Part shown: one piece after another, positions 38,968-50,058 of the stretch
Layout: every line of letters starts with the position of its first letter
Position numbering within the stretch: the first letter of the stretch is position 1
Source of the DNA: Bacteroidota bacterium
Lineage (GTDB): Bacteria; Bacteroidota; Bacteroidia; AKYH767-A; OLB10
Length of the DNA stretch: 64,000 nt
Direction: 5' to 3'
NCBI GenBank assembly: GCA_016717725.1
Contig: JADKFA010000008.1
Span: 114,118 to 178,117 of the forward strand
The notes under the pieces: model-generated
What the model was told of the DNA's origin: nothing
Database searches by the model: none
The model's input: the letters and a program-made list of their open reading frames with translations, nothing else
Translations under genes and position numbers: made by a program

Positions 38968-39718
38968 AACTATTCTATGTCTTTTCTTAGCATTGATTCT
39001 CGGATCCTCTTGGTCGCAGGAAGTGAAAAGTGAATTACAAAAATTTCATCTAGGCGAAAAATTGCAGCAAGAAAAAAAATGGAGTGAAGCCTTAGTGTTA
39101 TTTAAAGAACTTTTGAAAGGAGACTCATCTAATGTTGAATATTTATGGAGAACATCCTACATCCATTCCATAATAGGTGTTGAACAAAAAAAAGAAAGTG
39201 CAAAACAAGAGTGGTATAAAAAGGCTGCTTATCTAGGAAAGAAAGCCATTACGCAACATCCTCAAAATGCAAATGCACACTATGCCTATGCAGTTTCCTT
39301 GGGAAGAATGACGGAATTTGCAAGTAATAAAACAAAAATCGATAATGCAAAATTGATCAAATCGGAGGCGGAACTCACTATAAAACTAGATCCGAAAACG
39401 GCAGGAGCTTATCATATTTTAGGAAGATGGCATCGCGAAATTGCAGGTTTTAATATTTTAGAAAGAACCATGATTAAAGCTATTTTCGGAGCTTTACCCG
39501 GTGGAACTTATGAAGAGTCTATTAAGAATTTTGAAAGGGCCATCATGTTAGAGCCATTGAATGCAATTCATTATTATGAATTGGCCCAAACGTTTTTAGC
39601 GCGTGATGAAGAAAAAGATACACAAAACGCAAAAAACTGGTTAACAAAAGCGATTCAAATTCAAGTCAAAAATGCAGATGACAAAAACAACAAGAAAGTA
39701 AATGCGAGAAACTTTTAA
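38960..39718 (+). CDS. Hypothetical secreted helical-repeat (TPR-like) protein
   Basis: Signal peptide MPKTILCLFLALILGSSWSQ. Start overlaps the channel gene by 8 nt. Confidence 0.35.
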   Translation: MPKTILCLFLALILGSSWSQEVKSELQKFHLGEKLQQEKKWSEALVLFKELLKGDSSNVEYLWRTSYIHSIIGVEQKKESAKQEWYKKAAYLGKKAITQHPQNANAHYAYAVSLGRMTEFASNKTKIDNAKLIKSEAELTIKLDPKTAGAYHILGRWHREIAGFNILERTMIKAIFGALPGGTYEESIKNFERAIMLEPLNAIHYYELAQTFLARDEEKDTQNAKNWLTKAIQIQVKNADDKNNKKVNARNF

Positions 39719-39900
39719 AAGAAATATAAAGTATCACCGACATTACCTATTAAAAAAGTCCAAGTACTTAATCGTACTGATTCATTACTGGCAATAGCTT
39801 TACCTTGATTACAACATAAACAGTATTCAATAAGTTAATGTTGATCCAAATAATACAAGATATTTTTTGGTTTAAAATAGTATTTCAATTTGCATTACAC

Positions 39901-40110
39901 ACGCTCCGTGAACCCTCCGTGTAATCCGTGACTCCGTGGCAAAAATTACAAGTTTTATATGAACACAAATTTGTTCAATCAAAAATAATGGAGAAGACTT
40001 AACTATTAAGATTAGAAAAACTAACTTTAAGAGATATTAAATTCACGACTTTGATGAAAATCTATTTTTACCACGGAGTGACTGAGAAAGCACAGAGTCA
40101 CACGGAGAGA
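39901..40110. mobile_element. MITE-like element: ~45-bp imperfect terminal inverted repeats built from (C)TCCGTG units, flanking a ~115-bp AT-rich core
   Basis: Left arm CTCCGTGAACCCTCCGTGTAATCCGTGACTCCGTGGCAAAAA. Right arm reverse-complement GTCTCTCCGTGTGACTCTGTGCTTTCTCAGTCACTCCGTGGTAAAAA. Confidence 0.45.
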
Positions 40111-40159
40111 CTTTACTAATTATTCTATTTATTCTTTAATAGAAATACAAGCGTTCAAA

Positions 40160-41623
40160 TTATTTTTTCTTTTTCAACCAATCGAAAGCTTCTGGTGTCA
40201 GATTTTTCAGATAGACGAAAGCAATATAAATTCCTGAAATAATAACTCCTTTGTAAAGGATATTAATTATTGGATAGCCTGTTGATGGTAAGATAAATCC
40301 AAATCCGAAGAGTACAATAATTAAAAAAAGCAACACCTTATTCTCCTTCTCGAAAGGTTGCAGTTGGAAATGTTTTTTAACGTACCAAAACAAAAGACTA
40401 TTATAAATGAAAGAAGCCAATGCTGTAGCGGTGGCGGCGCCGATCATTCCCAGCCATGGAATCAAAATAATTTGCAACGCCAATACAATAATAGCTAAAG
40501 AAATTAAAAAAACCGCTCCTAACTTATACTTATCAGAATTAAACAATATAGCAGCATTCAATCCTGTAGCCATATTATAAAGACTCGACAAACTTAAAAT
40601 AATTACTATGGGTGCTCCTTGATCATATCCATCGGGTAAAAAAGTAAACAAATCATAAATATTGATATTCACATTCAGAAAAAGAAATCCGCCAATCATA
40701 AACATATACAAGCTTGACTTTTGGTAAATCGAATTAATTTCCTCTCGATTATTTTCTTTCCAAGCAAAAGCAATTTTAGACGCTGCAATCCGATCGAAAG
40801 CATTCAGTGGAGCTTCGATAATAGTTGGTATAAAGGCAGCCACGGTATAAATTCCCACAAAGGCTAAGGGCATATATTGTCCAATCATAATGGCGTCGAA
40901 AAATTTCAATCCAATGGAAGCAACGGAAGCAAACCAAAGCAATAATCCATATCGAATTAACTGCACAAAATTTTGCTTCCTAAAATAGGGCCAATCAATT
41001 TTAAATCCGGGTCGATCGAATTGAAAAATATAAACTAGCAAACCAATCATTTGAATCCCATAAATCGCCACAAAAGCCATAATGAACTCATCTAAGGTAA
41101 ACCACTTGAGATAATACAAACTCACCACTGCAATAGCCATGAAGCGGACAACAATATCATTGAGGTATGTTGGAATGGTACTTTTATAATTGGAGGAACA
41201 ATAGATACTCAGCACAGAAATAATCGAAACAAAAAAAGTAAGTGGAAAAACATAATAAAAGAACTCATTAAACAAGGGCGATTCGGCGGCATATCGCCCC
41301 ATGATAAAATCTTTGGACAGATACAGCACGAGAGCAGCTAATAAAAATCCAATCAAAGGAAAGAGCAACATAAATCCAAAAAAACCATGATGGCGATTCT
41401 CAATATTTTTAAACCGAGGGAAGAAACGAGTGGTGGCATTTCCGATCCCCAGAGGGACAAACATAGCCACCAAAAGAGCGAATGAATAGAGAACTCGAGT
41501 TAGCCCAAGCTCCTCTTTTGTAAGGAAATTTGGCTGGATAATAATCAGATTTACAAAGCCCACCATAAAACCAATATAGGTAGCTATGGTATTTTTTATG
41601 CCTTGGCGTTTGATAACTCCCAT
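40160..41623 (-). CDS. Polysaccharide biosynthesis protein / oligosaccharide flippase (Wzx-like, MOP superfamily)
   Basis: 487 aa with ~12-14 predicted TM helices; sits in a polysaccharide locus. Confidence 0.55.
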   Translation of the reverse strand: MGVIKRQGIKNTIATYIGFMVGFVNLIIIQPNFLTKEELGLTRVLYSFALLVAMFVPLGIGNATTRFFPRFKNIENRHHGFFGFMLLFPLIGFLLAALVLYLSKDFIMGRYAAESPLFNEFFYYVFPLTFFVSIISVLSIYCSSNYKSTIPTYLNDIVVRFMAIAVVSLYYLKWFTLDEFIMAFVAIYGIQMIGLLVYIFQFDRPGFKIDWPYFRKQNFVQLIRYGLLLWFASVASIGLKFFDAIMIGQYMPLAFVGIYTVAAFIPTIIEAPLNAFDRIAASKIAFAWKENNREEINSIYQKSSLYMFMIGGFLFLNVNINIYDLFTFLPDGYDQGAPIVIILSLSSLYNMATGLNAAILFNSDKYKLGAVFLISLAIIVLALQIILIPWLGMIGAATATALASFIYNSLLFWYVKKHFQLQPFEKENKVLLFLIIVLFGFGFILPSTGYPIINILYKGVIISGIYIAFVYLKNLTPEAFDWLKKKK

Positions 41624-41785
41624 TCAACACTATAGTTTACAATAAACGCAAAAGTAACTGCAATAATCAATATAAAGCACTCATAACTAGTTCATTTTCC
41701 ATTTCTTACCCTAAAAATCAAAAAACTCTAACAATCAATGATTTAAATTAGTATATTTGAATTCTAATTTCTAAAACCAAAACAT

Positions 41786-44087
41786 ATGAAAAAAAATTAT
41801 TATCTTAATTATGATTCTTTTAGGAAGTCATTTTGCTAAAGCACAGTTGTGGAGCAAACATCTACTTTTCCAGGAATTTTAAGGCATTCGTCTGGCTCTT
41901 TTACGTTGAATAACGCTGGATTTATAGTTGGAGGCTATGGTATAAATAATCAAGTATTATCAGACGTTTGGAAATATGATGCAAGTAATGATAGCTGGAC
42001 TCAATTAAATGATATACCAGTAGCATTATTTGGTGCAAGTTTTTTTGTAATTAACGACACAGCATTCATGACAAATGGATGGATGAGCGCAGCTGGAAAT
42101 CCTAATGATTCCCTTTATCGATATGAAGAATTAACAGATTCTTGGACCTCTATTTCCATTACCCAGGAACTCCTGCATACACTTGTGCAGCTTTTGTGTT
42201 AATGGAAAAGCATATATTGGTATAGGTTATTCACCATATACTAAAGAATTATGGGAATATGATCCAATCACAAACTCATGGACTGCAAAAGCAAATTTTA
42301 TTGGTACGAATCGTCAAAATGGAACTTCATTTGTTATTAATAATATAGCTTATTATGGTTTAGGATCGTCAAACAGTTCAGCTAAATCAGATATTTTTTC
42401 ATTCGATCCAATCGCTGACTCGTGGACTTTAGTTGATACTTTCCCTGGTGGTCCACGTTACGCAACTTCTTCTTTTACGATAAACGACAAAGCCTATATA
42501 GGTTGCGGTAGTGACCTTACAAACTTTTATAATGATTTCTGGGAATATGATCCTGCCACACTAACATGGACACAAATGAATGACTTTGGAGGTACAGAAA
42601 GACATGCCACCAATCATTTTGTCATTAATGGAATTGGTTTCTCCGGATTAGGACGGTCTGCTACATTTGAATCTGGATTCTATAAGTTTATCCCTTCAGG
42701 CTTGAATGAAATAAGAGGTTTCGCCTACAGAGATCAAAATCAAAATAGTACTTATGACACCTTAGATATCCCTGAGCAACAACTATTAATTGAAGTAAAT
42801 CCAGGAGGAAAAATTTATACTACAAATTCACTTGGTTTAGTGAAAACTCCGGCAGACACTCAAATAACATATACTTTGAATGTTCTTAACACTCCAAATC
42901 ATTATACGCTTTCTGGTGTAAATAATCCATTGCAATTTACAAGTACTGGTAACATTGATTCTAGTACAATCTTTATACTGACACCAAACAATGCAGCGAA
43001 TGATGTTTCCATACACATAACATCGATTACACCCGTACGACCTGGATTTGATGGATTCTATTCAATCACTTATAAAAATGAAGGAACCTCACCTGTAGAT
43101 AGTATTAAAATAAAATTGATAATGCAAAATCAACTTTATTTTAACAATACAATTCCCAATTTTGCAACTACTTATTTAAGTTCAAGTTTAGATACCATTC
43201 ATTGGAGTTTTTACAATTTAAATCCTGGAGAATCTAGATCATTTATGATCAAATATATAAATTCTCTTTTCGGAAATCTGGGTGATAGTGTATATGCCTA
43301 TGCAGAAATCAACTCAGGATTAACTGAAATAGATACTGTAAATAATTTTTCTCAACAATTGGATACGTTAATAGGATCCTTTGACCCGAATGATAAAAAT
43401 GTATCATCTACCTCCTTAACTCCAACTGAAGTTTCAGCTGCAAAATGGCTTACCTATAAAATAAGATTCCAAAATACTGGAACTTATCAAGCTAATTATG
43501 TGCGAATCACTGATAGTATTCCATCGGAATTAAATTTATCAACCTTTGAACTTCTTGGTTATAGCCATCAACCTTGTACTTATACAATTGAAGGGAATAA
43601 CATCATTAAATTTAATTTCCCTGGCATCATATTACCTGATTCGAATTCTAATGAGCCAGAAAGTCATGGATTTATTGAGTTTAGAATACGACCAAATACA
43701 AATTTGGTACTAGGTGATAATATCAGCAATCGTGCATATATTTATTTTGACTTCAATCCGGCAGTAATAACAAATGACGCCATCACCAAAGTAGAAAACA
43801 CTACTTCCATTAACGAAATTAATATTTCGAAAAGCGACTTGAGAATATTTCCAAACCCATCTTCCGAATACATAAATTGCAAAGTGATAACAAATCAAAC
43901 AAATGATATGCTATTCCAAGTTGCAATTTTTGATTCTCAAGGAAAATTAATTAACAAAGTGAACAAGTCGAATTTATCAAATCCAATTAATATTAAATCA
44001 CTTCAAACTGGACTTTACTTATTACAATTATTAGATAGTAATGGAAAAATTTATTCTGGAACATTTATTAAAGGTAAATACACTTAA
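41786..44087 (+). CDS. Kelch-repeat beta-propeller protein with a T9SS C-terminal sorting domain; interrupted by at least four homopolymer-associated frameshifts (A8 at 41787-41794, ~41855, CCC at 42162-42164, T-run at 42192-42200)
   Basis: Signal peptide MKKIIILIMILLGSHFAKAQ is recovered only after correcting the A8 run. Kelch units (WxYD...SWT...FxINxxxYxGxG) continue across ORFs 41849..42202 and 42183..44087 in three frames. C-terminal T9SS CTD (IFPNPSSEYI...GLYLLQLLDSNGKIYSGTFIK). Confidence 0.55.
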
Positions 44088-44123
44088 TTAAAAAGCCCTT
44101 GTTGAAAATCAGCAAGGGCTTTT

Positions 44124-45194
44124 TTATTTAGGATTCTTTTTAATTTTAATGCTGTCTGAATAAATATCAATAAGTTCATCGATACATGAATCAATATCAT
44201 GATATGTTTCCGCATATTTTCTACTTACCATTCCTGCTTCATGACGCCTCACCCCACTTTTGAGCAAATCCTCGATAACAGATTTTATTGTATCAGGGTT
44301 AGCGTTAATTATTGGAGACGTTCCCGGAAAACAAGATAATACGGAAGGCTTCATATAACAAACTACAGGTTTTGCAAATGCAAAAGCTTCCATTGAAGCC
44401 ATACCATAACTACCAAGAACAATTTGATCGATAAACACATCACACTTTCCAATTAAATCTAAAACCTCCTGCCTGCTTAATTTAAAAGCTCGTACATAAT
44501 CGAAATCATATGTATTACTTAATTCTTCAAGTGCTGCTTCAATATAATTAGTACCTTTTGCAATGGGGGCGGTAGGTGCATGAACTATTAATGGTTTACT
44601 TTTATTTAATTCAGGAGGATTTGGTACATAATTGTTCAGATCAATTCGTTGAATAAACTTATAATATGTAGGGAATATATCAGACAAGATATACTGTTCC
44701 ATACCAGGAAACACCAAGGGTACAAAACCTGCATTCTTAAACATCTGTTGTATTTTCCTAGATTGAATCACAGACTCATAAGGATACTCATAACCACTGT
44801 AAAATGCCTCCTTGTAATATTTATTCTCTAAAAATTCAACCTCAGGAATACGAATATCACTCCCCACCCACTCCACCAAAGCAGGTTTATTGAATAAACG
44901 TATAAATGGGAAAAGGAGATTATTTAGAGGCATACTAAAAGATCCACAATAATGAATTACATCTGCCCAAAATATTCCTCTAATTGCATGAATATAAAAT
45001 CTACTAAAATTAAAAACTTTATGTAAAAATCCAAAACGCAATCCTTTTAGCGGGAATCCTTTTCCACTAAATTGCTGTTGGTTAGGATTAGTATCGAGAA
45101 AAAGTGCTTTAACATTTATTCCCTTCCTATTTAACCTATCCGCGGTAATGGAAGGCATAGAAGCAATATTATTTGGTAAAATTAAAACTTTCAT
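44124..45194 (-). CDS. Glycosyltransferase (GT-B, GT4-like C-domain)
   Basis: C-terminal GT-B nucleotide-sugar-binding region; start taken at MKVLILPNN. Confidence 0.5.
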   Translation of the reverse strand: MKVLILPNNIASMPSITADRLNRKGINVKALFLDTNPNQQQFSGKGFPLKGLRFGFLHKVFNFSRFYIHAIRGIFWADVIHYCGSFSMPLNNLLFPFIRLFNKPALVEWVGSDIRIPEVEFLENKYYKEAFYSGYEYPYESVIQSRKIQQMFKNAGFVPLVFPGMEQYILSDIFPTYYKFIQRIDLNNYVPNPPELNKSKPLIVHAPTAPIAKGTNYIEAALEELSNTYDFDYVRAFKLSRQEVLDLIGKCDVFIDQIVLGSYGMASMEAFAFAKPVVCYMKPSVLSCFPGTSPIINANPDTIKSVIEDLLKSGVRRHEAGMVSRKYAETYHDIDSCIDELIDIYSDSIKIKKNPK

Positions 45195-46072
45195 TTTTGG
45201 ACTTTTCTGCCACGAATGGTGATGCCGTAAAAATCTTGAAATTGCCATTCGACATTTAATCCTGCACTATCAAACCACCCCAAAATCTCATCGATAGTAT
45301 GTCTGGAACAGTTCTGAGGATGATACCAGTCATAATTAATTACTGAATTATCATGGAAAGAAAAGGCAGGATTCCAAAAACATTTAAAGAAAAAATGATA
45401 AATGAAACGCTGCAAATCATATTCGCCCGCTTCAATCTCCATAACTTTTAATTCAGGAACAATAACTTTTTGACCACTTTCAGAAACAATTTTTGCAAAC
45501 TGTGTAATTTCATCGCAAACTGCCATTGCTTTATCGTAATCAAATCCTGCTATTTTATTTCTAATTAAATCATCAGAAAACTCTCTAAGTGGTGCTTTTT
45601 TGCGATAAACATAAATTGCAATTTCACCATTTTCCTCCAAAAGTTCAACTAAATTTTTAAACGCACCAAAAGGATCATCGGTGTGATGTAATACTTCTTG
45701 ACAGTAAATAAAATCAAACTTCCCTAAATCAGTCAGATCACTCAATAAATTTTTCGAATAAAAATGGGTATTGGGAATATCTTTAAAATTGTCTCTTGCA
45801 ATATCAGCAGCAACTAAATCAATACCTACAATTTCCGTATTGGCAGCTGACAATGAACGCAACAAAGCGGTTACTCTTCCATTGCCACATCCACCATCAA
45901 GAATTCTATTTTTGTGACTTAGATACGTTTCAAAATCTTGGTCAGAATTGAAACCGTTTCGTTCTATAATCCATTTTCTTATCTCTGACCCTTCTTCCAT
46001 GGTTTCCTTGAAAGCCAAATTGGGATTATTCTTCCACTTATCGTGAAAACTAATAGATGTATTATTTTTCAT
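45191..46072 (-). CDS. Class I SAM-dependent methyltransferase
   Basis: Motif I ILDGGCGNGRVT. Overlaps neighbouring genes by a few nt at both ends. Confidence 0.75.
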   Translation of the reverse strand: MKNNTSISFHDKWKNNPNLAFKETMEEGSEIRKWIIERNGFNSDQDFETYLSHKNRILDGGCGNGRVTALLRSLSAANTEIVGIDLVAADIARDNFKDIPNTHFYSKNLLSDLTDLGKFDFIYCQEVLHHTDDPFGAFKNLVELLEENGEIAIYVYRKKAPLREFSDDLIRNKIAGFDYDKAMAVCDEITQFAKIVSESGQKVIVPELKVMEIEAGEYDLQRFIYHFFFKCFWNPAFSFHDNSVINYDWYHPQNCSRHTIDEILGWFDSAGLNVEWQFQDFYGITIRGRKVQK

Positions 46073-46939
46073 AACAACAATTTTTTATTCCATCTCTCCA
46101 GTTTACCACTGGTATATAATTTACTTTTGAATATATTTTTTGAGAGTCTGCGATTAATTTTACAACCGGTACATCTAAAACTACATCTTTTCTCAAATCT
46201 TTTCCAAGCAAGTTTGCAATTTCCTCAGAAATTTCACCAATATCTGTAATTACCGATCCACCAAGGTTATAAATATTGTATTCATTCTTTTTCTCAATTT
46301 TAAAAACCTAATGCCAGTTCAACCAAATCGAAATAATATTTGTTTAAAAACCATTCCCTTTCCACTATTTAATTTAATTGCTTCGTTGTTTCTGATGCGG
46401 TCAATCAAACCAGGCAACAACATACCTTTTTGATCTGGTCCATATGGGTTAAAAATTCTAAGAATATCAACCGAAAAATAACTAGAATAAGGTACTAACA
46501 ATGTTTCAGAAGCAATCTTTGTTGCAGCATAAAAATTTGACGCATTAATAGGGCTCGACTCGGTTAAAATATCACCATTCAAATCATATACACTTCCCGT
46601 AGATGCAAAAAGAAATCCTTTTATTCCTTTTGAAATTCCAAGATTCGCTAGTTCTACTACAGAACGAGTATTTACATTAAAAATATCGCTTGCTTTATCT
46701 GGAAAATCACGAAAATGGGGAGATTGAGCTAAATGAATAATAGAGTCAAAGTTTTCATCTTTTAAATTAGAAATTATATCACTATTTAAATCCAATAATT
46801 TTACAGTCACTCTTTTATCATTAAAAACAGGTAAATCTCTCTGAACTAAAAGCAATTCAAAATCATCATTTGTAGACAATAATTGTTTCACTAAATTCCG
46901 TCCAATAAAGCCACTAGCGCCTGTTATGAGATAACGCAT
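46058..46939 (-). CDS. NAD-dependent epimerase/dehydratase (SDR); the C-terminal third lies in other frames after indels in T5A4/T5A3 runs (~46297-46305 and ~46339-46349)
   Basis: N-terminal GASGFIGRNLVKQL. The shifted frames read YNLGGSVITDIGEISEEIANLLGKDLRKDVVLDVPVVKLIADSQKIYSKVNYIPVVNWRDGIKN, typical of an epimerase C-terminus. Confidence 0.6.
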
Positions 46940-47020
46940 ATTATTCGATTTTTTCACCATCAACAAAAAGTCGAAGCCACCATTCAAAACAAATAAAAGA
47001 CCAAATCAACAACCGATGAT

Positions 47021-48814
47021 TTACTTTATGTTGTTGATGATCCTCAAGCACTTTTTAATAAACTTCGGATTTATAATTTCATTAATTCTTGATTTCTTTC
47101 CTCCAACTAACTCAGAAACGTATTTAAAATTCTCTCCTCTATACCAAGATTCATCAGGAGCAGAGAATCCTTGCTTCTTCCTGTTGATTATTTTCTCTGG
47201 AATCAACTCAGACATTGCTTTTCTCAAAACATTTTTTCCATCATTAAATTCCATTTCAAACTTTCGGAGTTTACCAATTTCATTCTCATCCATCCGAATC
47301 ATCTCCTCAAGTCTTCCTAACTTATACTTGACTGGAATCTTCTGTGCGAAATCAACAAGATCATTATCCATAAATGGAAATCTCTCCTCTAAAGAATGTG
47401 CCATGGAAAGCTTGTCGCCAACTAGAAACAATGCAGGCAAAAATGTTTTTGCTTCGAAATACAAAGAGTTTTTAATATGATCTTCTGGAGTATCATATCG
47501 CAAAGATTTATTATAAAGAAAAACATTTTTAAACAACTCAAATGAATGTCTTCCCGCACTCGTTTTTTTATAAACTTCTTCATTAAAAAGAATTCTTATC
47601 CTCATCCTTTACTAACCTTTGCCAAAAACTATAATATTCAGAAAAATATTGCTCTTGATTTATGGAATTTCCTACTCTATAATACCTCCAAGGATAGCCA
47701 CCGTATAACTCATCCCCTCCTGCTCCACTTAAACAAACTTTTACAAATTTGGAAGCCAATCCTGCAATATAAAAATTGGGATAAGACATGCCAACTCTCA
47801 GATCTTCCAAGTGCCACACTAACTTCGGCACCGCCCACGATAAATCCGAACTATTTAATACTTGCTCGTAATGCTCTGTTTTAAACAAACTCGCCATTAA
47901 CTCAGCATCTCTTCTCTCATCAAAATTTGCTTCTCTACCTGTTGTTGAAGACATATCAAAGCCGCAAGTAAATGTCCTTAAACGTTTCACTTTGGAACTT
48001 GCAATTGCTGTTATAGAACCAGAATCTATTCCACCACTTAAATAACTACCAACATCCACATCAGCAACCATTTGTTTAGACACTGCACTTTTAAAAAGTC
48101 TTAATGTTTCTTCAACAGCAGTTTGTTCATCAATTGAATCATCTGTATCAGAAAAATTATAATCCCAGTAAGACCATTCCCTTTTATTTAATTTTAAATC
48201 AAATTCAATAATTCTAGCTGGGGCTAACAACTGTATGCCTTTAAACAAAGTACCAAACCTAAATAATTTTGAAAAGTAAAATATTCATTCAAAGAATCAT
48301 AATTAATATCAAAGTTATAATCTGGATGTTTCAATATCCCTTTTATTTCTGAAGAGAAAATTAACTTTCCACTTTCATGGTATACATAGAGTGGTTTAAT
48401 CCCATAACGATCTCGTGCAAGTAAAAGCCGACCATTTCTTTTATCAAAAAGAGCAATGGCGAACATTCAATTTAGCCTTTTAAAAACATTGTCAGACCAT
48501 GCTTTATATCCGTTCAAAATCACTTCAGTATCGGAATTTGTTCTGAATACAAATCCAGCATTTTGAAGTTCCTTTCTTAACTCTTTGAAATTATAAATTT
48601 CACCATTAAATATTAATATCACATTTCGCTCTTCATCCAACATCGGTTGATTTGCCGCTTCTGATAAATCAAGGATAGACAAACGAACATGAGCTAATCC
48701 TATATTTTGATAAGAATAAACACCAGCAGCATCTGGTCCACGATGGCTTATTGCCCCCATCATTCGATGCAGAATCGAATCATCTACATGCTGACCATTA
48801 CTATAGGCAAAGCC
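47021..48814 (-). CDS. Asparagine synthetase (glutamine-hydrolysing)-like amidotransferase, copy 1. It is split into four ORFs (47021..47605, 47583..48248, 48224..48466, plus the tail of 48467..49744). Its N-terminal Cys is read in frame with the upstream epimerase.
   Basis: Ntn glutaminase domain CGFAYSNG...HRGPDAAGVY and IALFDKRNGRLLLARDRYGIKPLY. PP-loop LSGGIDSGSITAIAS. AsnB C-terminal helical region. Confidence 0.7.
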
Positions 48815-49744
48815 ACATAAAGAGTATTCGTACCTAAAATTTAATTCAGCTTCTGCCCTTTTGATTGAAGCAATTCTGTTTTTAACAAACTGACGAGCAT
48901 CATCTTCAGAGTATGGTTTAAACTTCACTTTTAAATCAGAATAAGTTAATGACAAAATTAAATTACATAATTCACGAATAGAAGTTTGAATCCCCGTACC
49001 AACATTATAGAAACCAAGATTTACATCAGATAATAGTGCTGTAACATTACATTCGGCAACATCATCAACATAAATAAAATCATAAGCCTGTGATCCGTCA
49101 CCATTAATTACTGGGGCTTCATTCAATTCAATTTTATTAAGCATGATTGGAATTACTCCTGTATATGCTGCATGTTGATCTTGACCTGGACCATAAACAT
49201 TCATATATCTTAGCCCAACAACAGAAAGTCCATAACGATCATGATATGCAGTACACATAGCTTCGCCTGCAATTTTAGTTGCCCCATAAAAATTCCTATT
49301 ATTAAAGGGATGATCTTCCTCCATTGGAATTGAAATAGCATCGCCATAAACTGAAGCAGATGATGAATAAATTAATTTCTTCACATTATTCTTCACGCAT
49401 GCTTCTAAAACATTGAATGTGCCTGCAATATTTACTTCAAAAGCAGTACGTGGATAATCTTTACAATGTAAAAGCCACATGGCAGCTAGATGAAAAACAT
49501 AATCAATGCCAATCATCGCATCATTTAAAATATCAATGTCTCTGATGTCACCTCCGACCTCAAAAATTCTAACTCGAGGATCATTAATGACATCATGAAT
49601 ATTTTCCATCTTACCACGAACAAAATTGTCATAGATAATAATCTCGCTTACGTCTTCTTTTAACAGTCTTTTTACGAGAGCGGAGCCAATAAACCCGGAA
49701 CCACCTATCACTAAGACTCTGCTGTTTTTCAATGCTATACCCAT
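48815..49744 (-). CDS. NAD-dependent epimerase/dehydratase (UDP-sugar 4-epimerase-like), residues 1 to ~310 of ORF 48467..49744
   Basis: GGSGFIGSALVKRL Rossmann motif and YGATK catalytic motif. Ends at ...AELNFRYEYSL with no stop before the AsnB-like Cys. Confidence 0.7.
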
Positions 49745-50058
49745 TATAGTAAATATTTTGGTTCGAAATTACTAATATTTGAGCAAAATACCTACTTGCA
49801 AAAGTATATACAAAAAACTATAAGATATAGACTGTAATATGTTCCAATTAAAGTAAAAATACAATCAGAAAATAGTATTCCCTCCATTCTAAAAAAACTC
49901 AAATTCAACTCTTTATATAACTAGATAATTAAAGGATTTTATACACCCCTCAACATCTGAAATAAGCCTAAACTGAATATCATTAGCAAAAAAAAATATC
50001 TAGTACACCTATTATAAAAACTTAAAAATTGTTTTTAGTTCCACCTATTGCAATTAAA

